This document shows, piece after piece, positions 10,294 to 19,962 of a stretch of 64,000 nt of DNA. The notes under the pieces are model-generated. The model searched no databases. It was not told the origin of the DNA and saw only the letters and a list, made by a program, of their open reading frames with translations. The position numbers and the translations under genes were made by a program. The DNA comes from Pseudomonadota bacterium (lineage in GTDB: Bacteria; Pseudomonadota; Gammaproteobacteria; Burkholderiales; Burkholderiaceae_C), in contig JBFLWE010000020.1 of NCBI GenBank assembly GCA_040758375.1, positions 1,202 to 65,201 of the forward strand. The letters are read 5' to 3'. The number at the start of each line of letters is the position of its first letter. Within the stretch, counting starts at the first letter, position 1.

Positions 10294-11202
10294 ATGAGTG
10301 CTGTGCTCGCCACCGAGGAAGCCGCCCACGCCGGCGCGCCGCCCTCGTCGTTCAAGGACTTCTGGCGCCACTTCGCGGCCAACAAGGGCGCGCTCGCCGG
10401 GCTGATCTACTTCTCGCTGATCGTGCTGGCGGCGCTGCTGGCGCCGCTGATCGCGCCGCACAGCCCGATCGAGCAGTACCGCGACGCGCTGCTGGCGCCA
10501 CCCGCATGGCATGCCGACGGCAGCAGCCGCTTCCTGCTGGGCACCGACGACATCGGCCGCGACATCCTGTCGCGCCTGCTGCACGGCGCGCGGCTGTCGC
10601 TGATGATCGGCCTGGTGTCGGTGACGCTGGCCATCATCCCCGGCATCGCGCTCGGCCTGGCCGCGGCCTTCTTCCCGCGCGCCGGCATCGCGATCCTGCG
10701 GCTGATGGACATCATGCTCGCGCTGCCCAGCCTGCTGCTGGCGATCGCGGTGGTGGCGGTGCTGGGCCCCGGGCTCACCAACACCATGTTCGCGATCGCG
10801 CTGGTGGCCATTCCCAGCTACGTGCGGCTGGTGCGCGCCTCAGCCATGTCGGAGCTGTCGAAGGACTACGTGATCGCCTCGCGCCTGGCCGGCGCGCGCA
10901 CGCCGCGCCTGATGTTCGACACCGTGCTGCCCAACTGCATGGCGCCGGTGATCGTGACCGCCACGCTGGGCTTCTCCGACGCCATCCTCACCGCGGCGGC
11001 GCTGGGCTTCCTGGGCCTGGGCGCGCAGCCGCCCACGCCCGAGTGGGGCACCATGCTCGCCTCGGCGCGCGACTACATCGAGCGCGCCAACTGGGTGGTC
11101 ACCTTCCCCGGCCTGGCCATCCTGACCACGGTGCTGGCGATCAACCTGATGGGCGACGGCCTGCGCGATGCGCTGGATCCGCGAATGAAGAAACTTTCAT
11201 GA
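10294..11202 (+). CDS. dppC: dipeptide ABC transporter permease
   Basis: 302 aa. BPD-type inner-membrane component with six hydrophobic segments and the motif ASRLAGARTPRLMFDTVLPN. Sits directly after dppB. Confidence 0.88.
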   Translation: MSAVLATEEAAHAGAPPSSFKDFWRHFAANKGALAGLIYFSLIVLAALLAPLIAPHSPIEQYRDALLAPPAWHADGSSRFLLGTDDIGRDILSRLLHGARLSLMIGLVSVTLAIIPGIALGLAAAFFPRAGIAILRLMDIMLALPSLLLAIAVVAVLGPGLTNTMFAIALVAIPSYVRLVRASAMSELSKDYVIASRLAGARTPRLMFDTVLPNCMAPVIVTATLGFSDAILTAAALGFLGLGAQPPTPEWGTMLASARDYIERANWVVTFPGLAILTTVLAINLMGDGLRDALDPRMKKLS

Positions 11203-11275
11203 ACCCCCACGCTCACATTCGTTCGCTGCCCCCCGAGGGGGCTGGCCTCCTTGAGGCGGCTCGGCGGAGGCCGTC

Positions 11276-12271
11276 ATGAGCCACCTCCTCGAAATCCGCA
11301 ACCTCACCGTCGAGTTCGGCCCCGAAGGCCGGGCCTTCGCGGCGGTGAAGGGCGTTGACATCACCCTCGACCGCGGCGAGCTGCTCGGCGTGGTGGGCGA
11401 ATCGGGCTCCGGCAAGAGCGTGAGCATGCTCGCGCTGATGGGCCTGATCGAGGCCCCCGGCCGCGTGAGCGCCGACGTGCTGCGCTTCGACGGGCATGAC
11501 CTGCTGAAGCTGCCGCCGAAAGAGCGCCGCAAGATCGTGGGCCGCGACATGGCCATGATCTTCCAGGACCCGATGACCAGCCTGAACCCCAGCTACACGG
11601 TGGGCACGCAGATCATCGAGACGCTCAAGGTGCACCAGCCCGGCACCAAGGCCCAGATGCACGAGCGCGCGCTCGAGCTGCTCAGGCGGGTGGAGATCCC
11701 CGACCCCGACTCGCGGCTGCGCGCCTATCCGCACCAGCTGTCCGGCGGCATGAGCCAGCGCGTGATGATCGCGATGGCCCTGGCCTGCAACCCCAAGCTG
11801 CTGATCGCCGACGAGCCCACCACCGCGCTGGACGTCACCATCCAGGCCCAGGTGCTGGACCTGCTGGTCACGCTGCAGCGCCAGCAGAACATGGCGCTGA
11901 TCCTGATCACGCACGACCTGGCGCTGCTGGCCGAGCACGCCCGGCGCATCGCGGTCATGTACGCCGGCGAGGTGGTGGAAACGCAAACGGTGCCCACGCT
12001 GTTCGAGCGCCCGCACCACCCGTACACCGCGGCGCTGATGGCCTCGATCCCCGAGTCGAGCCGCGGCGCGCGGCGCCTGCCCACGCTGGCCGGCGTGGTG
12101 CCCGGCATGCACGACCGTCCGCAGGGCTGCCTGCTCTCGCCGCGCTGCCCCAACGTGCGGCCCGAGACCTGCACCCAGGTCCACCCCGACCTGCTGCCCA
12201 TGCCCGACGGCGGCCATGCGCGCTGCCTGTTCCCGCTGAACGTCGCGCCGCACGAAGAGGTGGCCCCATGA
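11276..12271 (+). CDS. dppD: dipeptide ABC transporter ATP-binding protein
   Basis: Walker A GESGSGKS, signature LSGGMSQR, Walker [13 protein letters not shown], and an oligopeptide-type C-terminal extension. Confidence 0.9.
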   Translation: MSHLLEIRNLTVEFGPEGRAFAAVKGVDITLDRGELLGVVGESGSGKSVSMLALMGLIEAPGRVSADVLRFDGHDLLKLPPKERRKIVGRDMAMIFQDPMTSLNPSYTVGTQIIETLKVHQPGTKAQMHERALELLRRVEIPDPDSRLRAYPHQLSGGMSQRVMIAMALACNPKLLIADEPTTALDVTIQAQVLDLLVTLQRQQNMALILITHDLALLAEHARRIAVMYAGEVVETQTVPTLFERPHHPYTAALMASIPESSRGARRLPTLAGVVPGMHDRPQGCLLSPRCPNVRPETCTQVHPDLLPMPDGGHARCLFPLNVAPHEEVAP

Positions 12272-13272
12272 ATGCCGTGACCACCCCCTTGCTCGAAGCG
12301 CGCGACCTCTCGCGCCACTACCACGTCTCGCGCGGATTCATGAAGCCGCACGCCACGGTGAAAGCGCTCAACGGCGTGAGCTTCAGCGTGCACCCCGGCG
12401 AGACGCTGGCGGTGGTGGGCGAATCCGGCTGCGGCAAGAGCACGCTGGCGCGCGCGCTCACGCTGATCGAAAAACCCACCGGCGGCGCGCTCACCATCGA
12501 CGGCATGGACGCCACCGCCGCCTCGCCCGAGCAGGCCAAGGCCTTGCGCAAGCGTGTGCAGATGGTGTTCCAGAACCCCTATGCCTCGCTCAACCCGCGC
12601 AAGCGCGTGGCGCAGATGCTGGAGGAGCCGCTGCTGCTGAACACGCCCATGAGCGCGCCCGAGCGCCGCGAGCGTGTGCAGCAGATGCTGGCCCAGGTGG
12701 GCCTGCGGCCCGAGCATGCGCAGCGCTATCCGCACATGTTCTCCGGCGGCCAGCGCCAGCGCATCGCGATCGCGCGCGCGATGATGCTGCAACCGAAGCT
12801 GCTGGTGGCCGACGAGCCCACCTCGGCGCTGGACGTGTCGATCCAGGCGCAGATCCTCAACCTGTTCATGGACCTGCAGGAGCGCACCGGCACCGCCTAC
12901 GTGTTCATCACGCACAACCTGAGCGTGGTGGAACACATCGCCGACCGCGTGATGGTGATGTACCTGGGACGCGTGGTGGAGCATGCGCCCAAGGCGCGCC
13001 TGTTCGCGCAGCCGATGCACCCCTACACCAAGGCGCTGCTGTCGGCCACGCCCAGCATCGACCCCAGGCGCCGGCTGCAGAAGATCAAGATCGTGGGCGA
13101 GCTGCCTTCGCCGCTGAACCCGCCCAGCGGCTGCACCTTCCACAAGCGCTGCCCGTATGCCACCGAGCGCTGCAGCGCCGAGGTGCCCGCGCTGCGGCCG
13201 GTGGCCGGCGCCGAGGTGGCCTGCCACTATGCGGAGGAGATCATGGCGGGAACCCAGGCGGCCACGCAATGA
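12268..13272 (+). CDS. dppF: dipeptide ABC transporter ATP-binding protein
   Basis: ATGA overlap with dppD. Walker [10 protein letters not shown], signature FSGGQRQR, Walker [13 protein letters not shown]. Confidence 0.9.
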   Translation: MNAVTTPLLEARDLSRHYHVSRGFMKPHATVKALNGVSFSVHPGETLAVVGESGCGKSTLARALTLIEKPTGGALTIDGMDATAASPEQAKALRKRVQMVFQNPYASLNPRKRVAQMLEEPLLLNTPMSAPERRERVQQMLAQVGLRPEHAQRYPHMFSGGQRQRIAIARAMMLQPKLLVADEPTSALDVSIQAQILNLFMDLQERTGTAYVFITHNLSVVEHIADRVMVMYLGRVVEHAPKARLFAQPMHPYTKALLSATPSIDPRRRLQKIKIVGELPSPLNPPSGCTFHKRCPYATERCSAEVPALRPVAGAEVACHYAEEIMAGTQAATQ

Positions 13273-13384
13273 CGGCGGCTCATCCCTAGAAATCGACATT
13301 TCGTCAGCCGGCGGTTGCCTTTCGCCGCGCGGGCCTCCTACAGTGCGCCACCCACAAGGCGCACAACACCCAGGAGGCCAGCGC

Positions 13385-14287
13385 ATGCTGTCGATCACCC
13401 GTCTCACCCACACCTACCCCAACGGCACGCGGGCGCTCGACGACGTGTCGCTGGACATCCCGCGCGGCATGTTCGGCCTGCTCGGCCCCAACGGCGCGGG
13501 CAAGTCGTCGCTGATGCGCTGCCTGGCCACGCTGCAGATCCCCACCGCGGGCGAGATCCGGTTCGACGGCCTGGACGTGCTGGCCGAGCCCGCCAGGCTC
13601 AGGGCCCAGCTGGGCTACCTGCCGCAGGACTTTGGCGTGTACCCGCGCGTGTCGGCCTGCGACATGCTGGACCACCTGGCCGTGCTCAAGGGCATCGGCT
13701 CGCGCGGCGAGCGCAAGGCCACGGTGGAAGCGCTGCTGCAGCAGGTGAACCTGTGGGAGGTGCGCAAGAAGCCGATCGCCGGCTTTTCCGGCGGCATGCG
13801 CCAGCGCTTCGGCATCGCGCAGGCGCTGATCGGCAACCCCAGGCTGATCATCGTGGACGAACCCACCGCCGGGCTCGACCCGGAGGAGCGCAACCGCTTC
13901 AACAACCTGCTGGCCGAGATCGGCGAAAACGTGGTGGTGATCCTGTCCACCCACATCGTCGACGACGTGACCGACCTGTGCTCGCGCATGGCCATCCTGG
14001 TGCACGGCCGCATCGTCGCCAGCGGCGCGCCGCAGACCATGATCGACGAGCTGCAGGGCAAGGTGTGGCAGCGCGCGATCCACAAGGAGCAGCTGGCCGC
14101 CTACCGTGAGCGCATGGCCGTCATCGCGACGCGTCTGCGCGGCGGCCGGCCGGTGATCCACGTGCTGGCCGACCATGCGCCCGAGCCCGGCTTCGAGCCG
14201 GTGCAGGCCAGCCTGGAAGACGTGTACTTCGCCACCCTGCACGGCCAGCGCGCCCATGGCAAGAGCCGCGTGCGGCTGGTGGCCTGA
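13385..14287 (+). CDS. ABC transporter ATP-binding protein (ABC-2 / DrrA-like subfamily)
   Basis: ATG at 13385 within ORF 13157..14287. Walker [10 protein letters not shown], signature FSGGMRQR, Walker [13 protein letters not shown]. Confidence 0.88.
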   Translation: MLSITRLTHTYPNGTRALDDVSLDIPRGMFGLLGPNGAGKSSLMRCLATLQIPTAGEIRFDGLDVLAEPARLRAQLGYLPQDFGVYPRVSACDMLDHLAVLKGIGSRGERKATVEALLQQVNLWEVRKKPIAGFSGGMRQRFGIAQALIGNPRLIIVDEPTAGLDPEERNRFNNLLAEIGENVVVILSTHIVDDVTDLCSRMAILVHGRIVASGAPQTMIDELQGKVWQRAIHKEQLAAYRERMAVIATRLRGGRPVIHVLADHAPEPGFEPVQASLEDVYFATLHGQRAHGKSRVRLVA

Positions 14288-14308
14288 AGCCGCACAAGGA
14301 GCCTCACC

Positions 14309-17300
14309 ATGCTGCGACACGTCGCCGCCTTCGAATGGCGCTACCAGATCAAGAGCCCGGTGTTCTGGGTCGGCTGCCTGATGTTCTTCCTGCTGGCCTT
14401 CGGCTCGGTCACGGTGGACCAGATCCAGATCGGCTCGAAGGGCAACGTCCACGTCAACTCCCCGTTTGCCATCGTGCAGACGCTGGCGATCATGAGCCTG
14501 TTCGCGGTGTTCGTGGTCGTCGCGCTGGTGGCCAACGTGGTGATCCGCGACGACGAGACCGGCTTCGCGCCCATCTTGCGCTCCACCTCCGTGGGCAAGG
14601 TCAGCTACCTGGTGGGCCGCTTCGCCGGCGCGCTGGCCGCGGCACTGCTGGTGCTGGCCTCGGTGCCGCTGGCCATCCTGGTGGGCTCGTGGATGCCCTG
14701 GCTCGACCCCGAGAAGCTGGGCGCCTTCCGCCTCGGCCACTACCTCTACGCGCTGTTCGCCTTCGGCCTGCCCACGCTGCTGATCGTCTCGGCCACGTTC
14801 TTCGCGCTGGCCACGGCCACCCGCTCGATGATGTGGACCTACGTCGGCGCGGTGGCGCTGCTGATGCTGTACTTCGTGATGCGCGGCATGCTGCGCGAGC
14901 CGCAGTACGACGGCATCGCGGCGCTGGTCGATCCCTTCGGCCTGTCGGCGCTGTCCACCACCACCAAGTACTGGACCGCCGCCGAGCGCAACACCCTGCT
15001 GCCGCCGCTGGCCGGCCCGCTGCTGGCGAACCGGCTGATCTGGGCCGGCGCGGGGCTGGCCATGTTCGCCTTGGCCTACCGCCTGTTCCGATTCGAGCAG
15101 CCGGCGTCGCGCAAGGCCAGGCCGGCAGCCGCTGCCGACGACACGCCGCCGCCCGCGCCCGCCACCGCCGCGGGCAGCGCGCTGGCCGCCCCACGCGCCG
15201 ACGCCGCCACGCGCCGCGCCCAGCTGTGGCGCCTGGCGCGCTTCGACATGGCCTTCGTGTTCCGCAGCCCGGCGTTCTTCGTGCTGCTGGGCATCGGGGT
15301 GCTCAACTCGACCGGCTCGCTGTGGATGGCCGGGGAGCTGTACGGCAGCGGCTCCTATCCGGTCACCCGGCTGATGGTGCAAGCGCTGCAAGGCGCGTTC
15401 ACGCTGATGCCCATCATCATCGCGATCTTCTACGCCGGCGAGCTGGTGTGGCGCGACCGCGAGCGGCGCATGCACGAGATCGTGGACGCCACCGCCGCGC
15501 CCGACTGGTCGCACCTGGCGCCCAAGATCCTGGCGATCGCGCTGGTGCTCACCGCCAGCGCCCTCGTCGGCGCGGCCACCGGCATCGCCGTGCAGGCGCT
15601 CAAGGGCTACACCCGCTTCGACCTGGCCGCCTACGCGCTGTGGTTCGTGCTGCCCACCACGGTGGCCGCGCTGCAGCTGGCGGTGCTGTCGGTGTTCGTG
15701 CAGGTGCTGGTACCGCAGAAGTTCATCGGTTGGGGCGTGATGCTGCTGTACATCGTGAGCAGCATCGCGCTGGCCACCGCCGGCTTCGAGCACAACCTCT
15801 ACAACTACGGCAACACCCCGCCGGTGCCGCTGTCGGACATGAACCGCATGGGCCGCTTCTGGGTGGGCGCCTCGTGGTTCCTGGCCTACTGGAGCGCGTT
15901 TGCGCTCGTGCTCGCGGTGCTGGCCCATGCGCTGTGGCGGCGCGGCGCCAACGTGGCACTGAAGCCGCGGCTGAAGCAGTTGCGCCACCGGCTGCGCGGC
16001 GGCACGCTGGTGCTGCTGTGCACCGGCGTTGCGGCGTGGCTCGGGCTCGGCGCCTGGATCTTCTACAACACCAACGTCCTCAACACCTACCTGCCGGCCC
16101 CTGAGCGCGAAGCCCTGCTGGCACAGCTTGAAAAGGAGCTGCTGCCCTTCGAAAGCCTGCCGCAGCCCAAGATCACCGCGGTCACGCTCGACGTGCAGCT
16201 CTACCCGCGCGAGGCGCGCGCCGTCACCAGCGGCCGCTACGAGCTGGAGAACCGCAGCGGACAGCCGATCGACCGGCTGCACGTGAGCTGGTTCAGCGAA
16301 TGGACCTCCCTCGACTCGCTGCAGCTGCCCGGCGCCACGCTGCACAAGGACTACCCGCAGTACCACTACCGCATCTACCGCCTGCAGCCCGCGCTGCAGC
16401 CGGGCGAGAAGCGCACGCTGCAGTTCGCCACCACCGTGCAGCAGCGCGGCTTCGGCAACGGCCCGCCGTTGCAGCGCGTGGTGGACAACGGCAGCTTCCT
16501 CGACAACACCGAGTTCGCGCCCGGCATCGGCATGTCGCGCCAGCCGCTGCTGACCGACCGCGCCAAGCGCCGCAAGCATGGCCTGCCGCCCGACCTGCGC
16601 CCGCCCAAGCTGGAAGACGACAGCGCGCGCGCCTTCAACGAGTTCCGCCGCGACAGCGACTGGGTCAGCGCCGACATCAGCGTGACCACCGACGCCGACC
16701 AGACGCCCATCGCGCCCGGCTACACCGTGAGCGACACGGTGTCCAACGGCCGCCGCACCGTGCGCTTCAAGCCCGACGCGCCCCTGAGCTACTTCTTCTC
16801 CATCCAGTCGGGCCGCTACGCGGTGCAGCGCGACAAGTGGAACGAGGTGGACCTGGCGGTCTACTACCACCCCGAGCACGCCTACAACGTGGGCCGCATG
16901 ATGGAGGCGATGAAGCTGTCGCTGCAGATGTTCAGCGAGCGCTTCTCGCCCTACCAGTTCCGCCAGGCGCGCATCCTGGAGTTCCCGGCGTATGCCGACT
17001 TCGCGCAATCGTTCGCCAACACCATCCCGTATTCCGAGAACCTGGGCTTCCTGTTCCGCCACACCGACCCCGAGAAGGTGGACATGGTCACCTACGTCAC
17101 CGCGCACGAGATCGCGCACCAGTGGTGGGGCCACCAGCTCGTGCCGAGCGCGCAGCAGGGCGCCAGCATGCTGGTGGAAAGCTTCGCGCAGTATTCGGCG
17201 CTGCTGGTGATGGAAAAGATGTACGGGCGCGAGCAGGTGCGCCGCTTCACCAAGTACGAGCTCGACCGCTACCTGCGCTCGCGCGGCGGCGAGGTGGTGG

Positions 17301-17896
17301 AAGAGCTGCCGCTCGCCCGCGTGGAGAACCAGGGCTACATCCACTACCGCAAGGGCACGCTGGCGATGTACTGGCTGCGCGAGGCGCTGGGCGAAGACAC
17401 GGTGAACCGTGCGATGAAGAAGCTGCTGGCGCAATACGCTTTCAAACCCGCGCCTTATCCCAACACGCGCGACTTCATCGCCTTGCTGCGCGCCGAGGCC
17501 GGCACCCAGCACGACCCGCTCATCACCGACCTGCTGGAGAAGATCACGCTGCTGGACGTGAAGGTGAGCGATGCCACGGCCACCAGGCGTACCGATGGCA
17601 AGTACGAGGTGACGCTGAAGGTCGAGGCGCGCAAGCTCTATGCCGATGGGCAGGGCAAGGAAACGGAAGCCCCGCTCGACGAGCCGTTCGAAGTGGGCGT
17701 GTTCAGCGCAGAGCCGGGCAGCGCCGGGTTCAAGGCCGACGCGGTGCTGCGCTTCGAGCGCCAGCGGGTGAAGACCGGTGCGCAGACCCTCACGCTGGTG
17801 GTCGACCGCGAGCCGCGCTTCGCGGGCGTGGACCCGTACAACAAGCGCATCGACCGCAACGGTGACGACAACCTGAAGCCGGTGACGCTTAAATAA
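14309..17896 (+). CDS. ABC-2 type permease fused to an M1 family (gluzincin) aminopeptidase domain
   Basis: 1195 aa. The N-terminal two-thirds has many hydrophobic helices. The C-terminal part has HEIAHQWWGH (HExxH) and a downstream Glu (LVESFAQY), as in M1 peptidases. Confidence 0.8.
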   Translation: MLRHVAAFEWRYQIKSPVFWVGCLMFFLLAFGSVTVDQIQIGSKGNVHVNSPFAIVQTLAIMSLFAVFVVVALVANVVIRDDETGFAPILRSTSVGKVSYLVGRFAGALAAALLVLASVPLAILVGSWMPWLDPEKLGAFRLGHYLYALFAFGLPTLLIVSATFFALATATRSMMWTYVGAVALLMLYFVMRGMLREPQYDGIAALVDPFGLSALSTTTKYWTAAERNTLLPPLAGPLLANRLIWAGAGLAMFALAYRLFRFEQPASRKARPAAAADDTPPPAPATAAGSALAAPRADAATRRAQLWRLARFDMAFVFRSPAFFVLLGIGVLNSTGSLWMAGELYGSGSYPVTRLMVQALQGAFTLMPIIIAIFYAGELVWRDRERRMHEIVDATAAPDWSHLAPKILAIALVLTASALVGAATGIAVQALKGYTRFDLAAYALWFVLPTTVAALQLAVLSVFVQVLVPQKFIGWGVMLLYIVSSIALATAGFEHNLYNYGNTPPVPLSDMNRMGRFWVGASWFLAYWSAFALVLAVLAHALWRRGANVALKPRLKQLRHRLRGGTLVLLCTGVAAWLGLGAWIFYNTNVLNTYLPAPEREALLAQLEKELLPFESLPQPKITAVTLDVQLYPREARAVTSGRYELENRSGQPIDRLHVSWFSEWTSLDSLQLPGATLHKDYPQYHYRIYRLQPALQPGEKRTLQFATTVQQRGFGNGPPLQRVVDNGSFLDNTEFAPGIGMSRQPLLTDRAKRRKHGLPPDLRPPKLEDDSARAFNEFRRDSDWVSADISVTTDADQTPIAPGYTVSDTVSNGRRTVRFKPDAPLSYFFSIQSGRYAVQRDKWNEVDLAVYYHPEHAYNVGRMMEAMKLSLQMFSERFSPYQFRQARILEFPAYADFAQSFANTIPYSENLGFLFRHTDPEKVDMVTYVTAHEIAHQWWGHQLVPSAQQGASMLVESFAQYSALLVMEKMYGREQVRRFTKYELDRYLRSRGGEVVEELPLARVENQGYIHYRKGTLAMYWLREALGEDTVNRAMKKLLAQYAFKPAPYPNTRDFIALLRAEAGTQHDPLITDLLEKITLLDVKVSDATATRRTDGKYEVTLKVEARKLYADGQGKETEAPLDEPFEVGVFSAEPGSAGFKADAVLRFERQRVKTGAQTLTLVVDREPRFAGVDPYNKRIDRNGDDNLKPVTLK

Positions 17897-17897
17897 T

Positions 17898-17915
17898 GCG
17901 GGGCGGGCTCCCCGC
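17898..17915 (+). terminator. GC hairpin just after the permease/M1 stop codon
   Basis: GCGGGG-cgggct-CCCCGC, a 6-bp stem. There is no clear T-tract, so termination activity is uncertain. Confidence 0.3.
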
Positions 17916-17922
17916 CTGCGCA

Positions 17923-17936
17923 TACAGAAATCTGTA
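17923..17936. promoter_or_regulatory. palindrome TACAG-N4-CTGTA upstream of vapB (candidate antitoxin operator)
   Basis: Perfect 5-bp inverted repeat 14 nt upstream of the vapB ATG, in a locally AT-richer stretch. Type II antitoxins usually autoregulate through such palindromes. Confidence 0.25.
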
Positions 17937-17949
17937 CACTTCAAGCATC

Positions 17950-18192
17950 ATGAAGACAACGCTTGATCTGAGCGATGCTCTGCTCTCCGAAGCCAAGGCG
18001 CTCGCCGCCCGCCAGCACACGACGCTGACACGCGTGATCGAAGAGGGGCTGCGGCTGCGCCTACAAGCCCAGAAAGCCGCATCCAAGGGCCGCCGCCGCA
18101 CACTGCCAGTCTTCAAGGGCCGCGGCGGGCTCGTGCCCGGAGTTGACCCGCTCAGCAACAAATCAATGTTGCAGGCAGCCGGCGACGAATGA
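17950..18192 (+). CDS. vapB: type II antitoxin (VapB-like)
   Basis: 80 aa from the ATG at 17950 (MKTTLDLSDALLSEAKALAARQHTTLTRVIEEGLR). ATGA overlap with the downstream PIN gene. Confidence 0.7.
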   Translation: MKTTLDLSDALLSEAKALAARQHTTLTRVIEEGLRLRLQAQKAASKGRRRTLPVFKGRGGLVPGVDPLSNKSMLQAAGDE

Positions 18193-18623
18193 CGCCAGAT
18201 GTCAATGTGCTGGTCGCCGCGTCGCGTGACGACCATCCGCACCACGCGGTGGCACGCGAGTGGCTCGAAACGGCGGTGGATGAGGCCTCCGCCGGTGGCG
18301 GGTTGATCTTGTTGCCGATGGTCGTGGCGAGCTTTCTGCGGCTCGCCACGAACACGAAGGTCTTCGTCTCTCCGACACCGACGGAAGACGCGGTCGCGTT
18401 CATCGACGCACTGCTGGCGATGCCCGGCGTGCGCATGCCCGAGGTCGGCGGCGAGTGGCCGCGACTGCGCGCGCTGTGTTTGAGCAAGAAGCTTCGCGCG
18501 AACAGCCTGCCGGACGCCTGGATTGCCGCAGCGACCCAGCAGCTTGGCGAGCATCTGGTCACCTTTGACGCTGACTTCCGCAAGCTCCTCAAGAGAGCCG
18601 AGTTCACGCTGCTCGCCGTATAG
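18189..18623 (+). CDS. vapC: PIN-domain toxin (VapC family ribonuclease)
   Basis: 144 aa. N-terminal acidic residue in MTPDVNVLV and a C-terminal LVTFDADF motif typical of PIN domains. Translationally coupled to vapB. Confidence 0.75.
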   Translation: MTPDVNVLVAASRDDHPHHAVAREWLETAVDEASAGGGLILLPMVVASFLRLATNTKVFVSPTPTEDAVAFIDALLAMPGVRMPEVGGEWPRLRALCLSKKLRANSLPDAWIAAATQQLGEHLVTFDADFRKLLKRAEFTLLAV

Positions 18624-18718
18624 GCAGCCTGAAGCGCGTGATGCTGAAGTAGGGCAAAGCGCCAGCCCTAATAGTTGGGATAACTCACTCAAGGGTTCCG
18701 CCACTAGCCTTCCAGCCC

Positions 18719-19962
18719 GTGGCCTCCCTCTTCCGCCGCGAGGCAATCGACCACCAGCGCGATCGCTTTCACGGGGCGATCGTGCTGGCGAGCACATGGT
18801 CGTCCACGGCGCTGACGCTGTTCCTCTGCGCAGCCGTGGCCTCGGTGATTCTGTTCGCAGGCCTCTTCGGCTTCGCGCGCAAAGAGGCGGTCAGCGGCGT
18901 GCTGGCCCCCGACCGGGGCTTGCTGCGGCTTTCGGCCCCGCAAGCCGGCGTGGTGGCCGACATTCACGTGAGCGACGGCCAGGCGGTACATGCGGGCGAT
19001 CCGCTGTTCACCATCTCCAGCGCGCAAACCAGCGCCACCGGCGCCACCCAGAGCACGATCAACGAAACGCTGGCCGAACGCATGACGCAGCTGCAGGCAG
19101 ACCTGCAGCGCCAGAGCATCTCGCCGCCAACTGGCGCGCCGCGCTGAACGCCCAGTCCGCCAGCCTGCGCGCGGCCTTGCAGCAGCAGGATGCCGATCTG
19201 CAGGTGCAGCAGGAGCGCCTGCAGATGCTGCGCGACATCGCCCAACGGTTCGCTGACCTGCTCAAGACCGGCACGGTAACCGAGGTCGCGGCCAAGGAAA
19301 AGTGGGCTGCGGTGATCGAGCAGCAATCGCGCATTGCCACGCAGCAACACGCCCGGCTGCAGCTGCAGCAACAGGCGCTCGACATCCAGGCGAGCTTGGC
19401 CGACCTGCCACTGCAGACGGCCCGTGAAACCTCCCGTCTGAGCCGTGAACTCGCAGAATTGCAGCAGCAACGCGCAGAAAACGAATCCCGCCGACGGCTG
19501 GTGGTCCGCGCCGAGCAAAGCGGAACGGTCGTCACCCTCATGGCCCAGTCTGGACAAGCCGTGGCCAGCGGCCAGCCCTTGGCAGAACTGCTGCCCTCCC
19601 GCAGCCGGCTGGAGGCCGAACTGCTCGCACCCACCCGCGCCATCGGCCTCGTGCGCCCAGGCACCGAGGTGTTGCTGCGCTACGACGCCTTCCCTTATGA
19701 GCGCTTCGGCCAGTTCAAAGGTCGGGTCCGCGACATCTCCCCCACCGCCGTGCCCTCCGGCGCCCTGCTCGAAACCACCCGCTCACCAACGCCGCTGTAC
19801 CGCATTCGCGTGCAGCTCGAATCCCAGGACGTCATCGCCCAGGGCACACGCCATCGCCTGCGGCCCGGCATGCAAGTCAGCGCCAGCCTGGTGCTGGAGC
19901 GGCGCTCCCTTGTCGAGTGGGTACTGGAGCCGCTGCTGGGCTTGACGGGAGGCCCGGGATGA
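18719..19962 (+). pseudogene. HlyD/CvaA-family bacteriocin-secretion adaptor, frameshifted
   Basis: The N-terminal 142 codons (LFRREAIDHQRDRFHG, one TM, GVVADIHVSDGQAVHAGDPLF) stop at 19145-19147. The rest (coiled coil, SGTVVTLMAQSGQAVASGQPLAELLP, C-terminus) continues in the frame of ORF 18523..19962. The frames switch near 19108-19125, consistent with a 1-nt deletion. Confidence 0.75.

Noticed and set aside
13304-17944. A 1546-aa ORF on the minus strand, the longest ORF in the track.
   Set aside because: It is exactly antisense to the ABC ATPase and the permease/M1 genes. Its composition is dominated by Arg/Ala/Gly/His/Val/Gln with no motifs, which is a typical stop-poor shadow frame in GC-rich DNA. 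The same applies to 2193..3863(-), 3860..4939(-), 5054..7648(-), 7624..9216(-), 25434..27464(-), 28383..29912(-), 29674..31056(-), 31677..33527(-), 34287..36611(+), 38072..39514(+), 40845..42512(-), 43135..44640(-), 45046..46677(+), 52441..55968(+), 56703..58883(+) and 62813..63961(-).
18523-18718. The upstream part of the 479-aa ORF 18523..19962, considered as the real start of the HlyD-like gene.
   Set aside because: That part overlaps the vapC 3' end out of frame and encodes Ser/Pro/Arg-rich nonsense. The conserved CvaA-type N-terminus (LFRREAIDHQ..., TM helix) is in the other frame from 18719, so the gene is interpreted as frameshifted.
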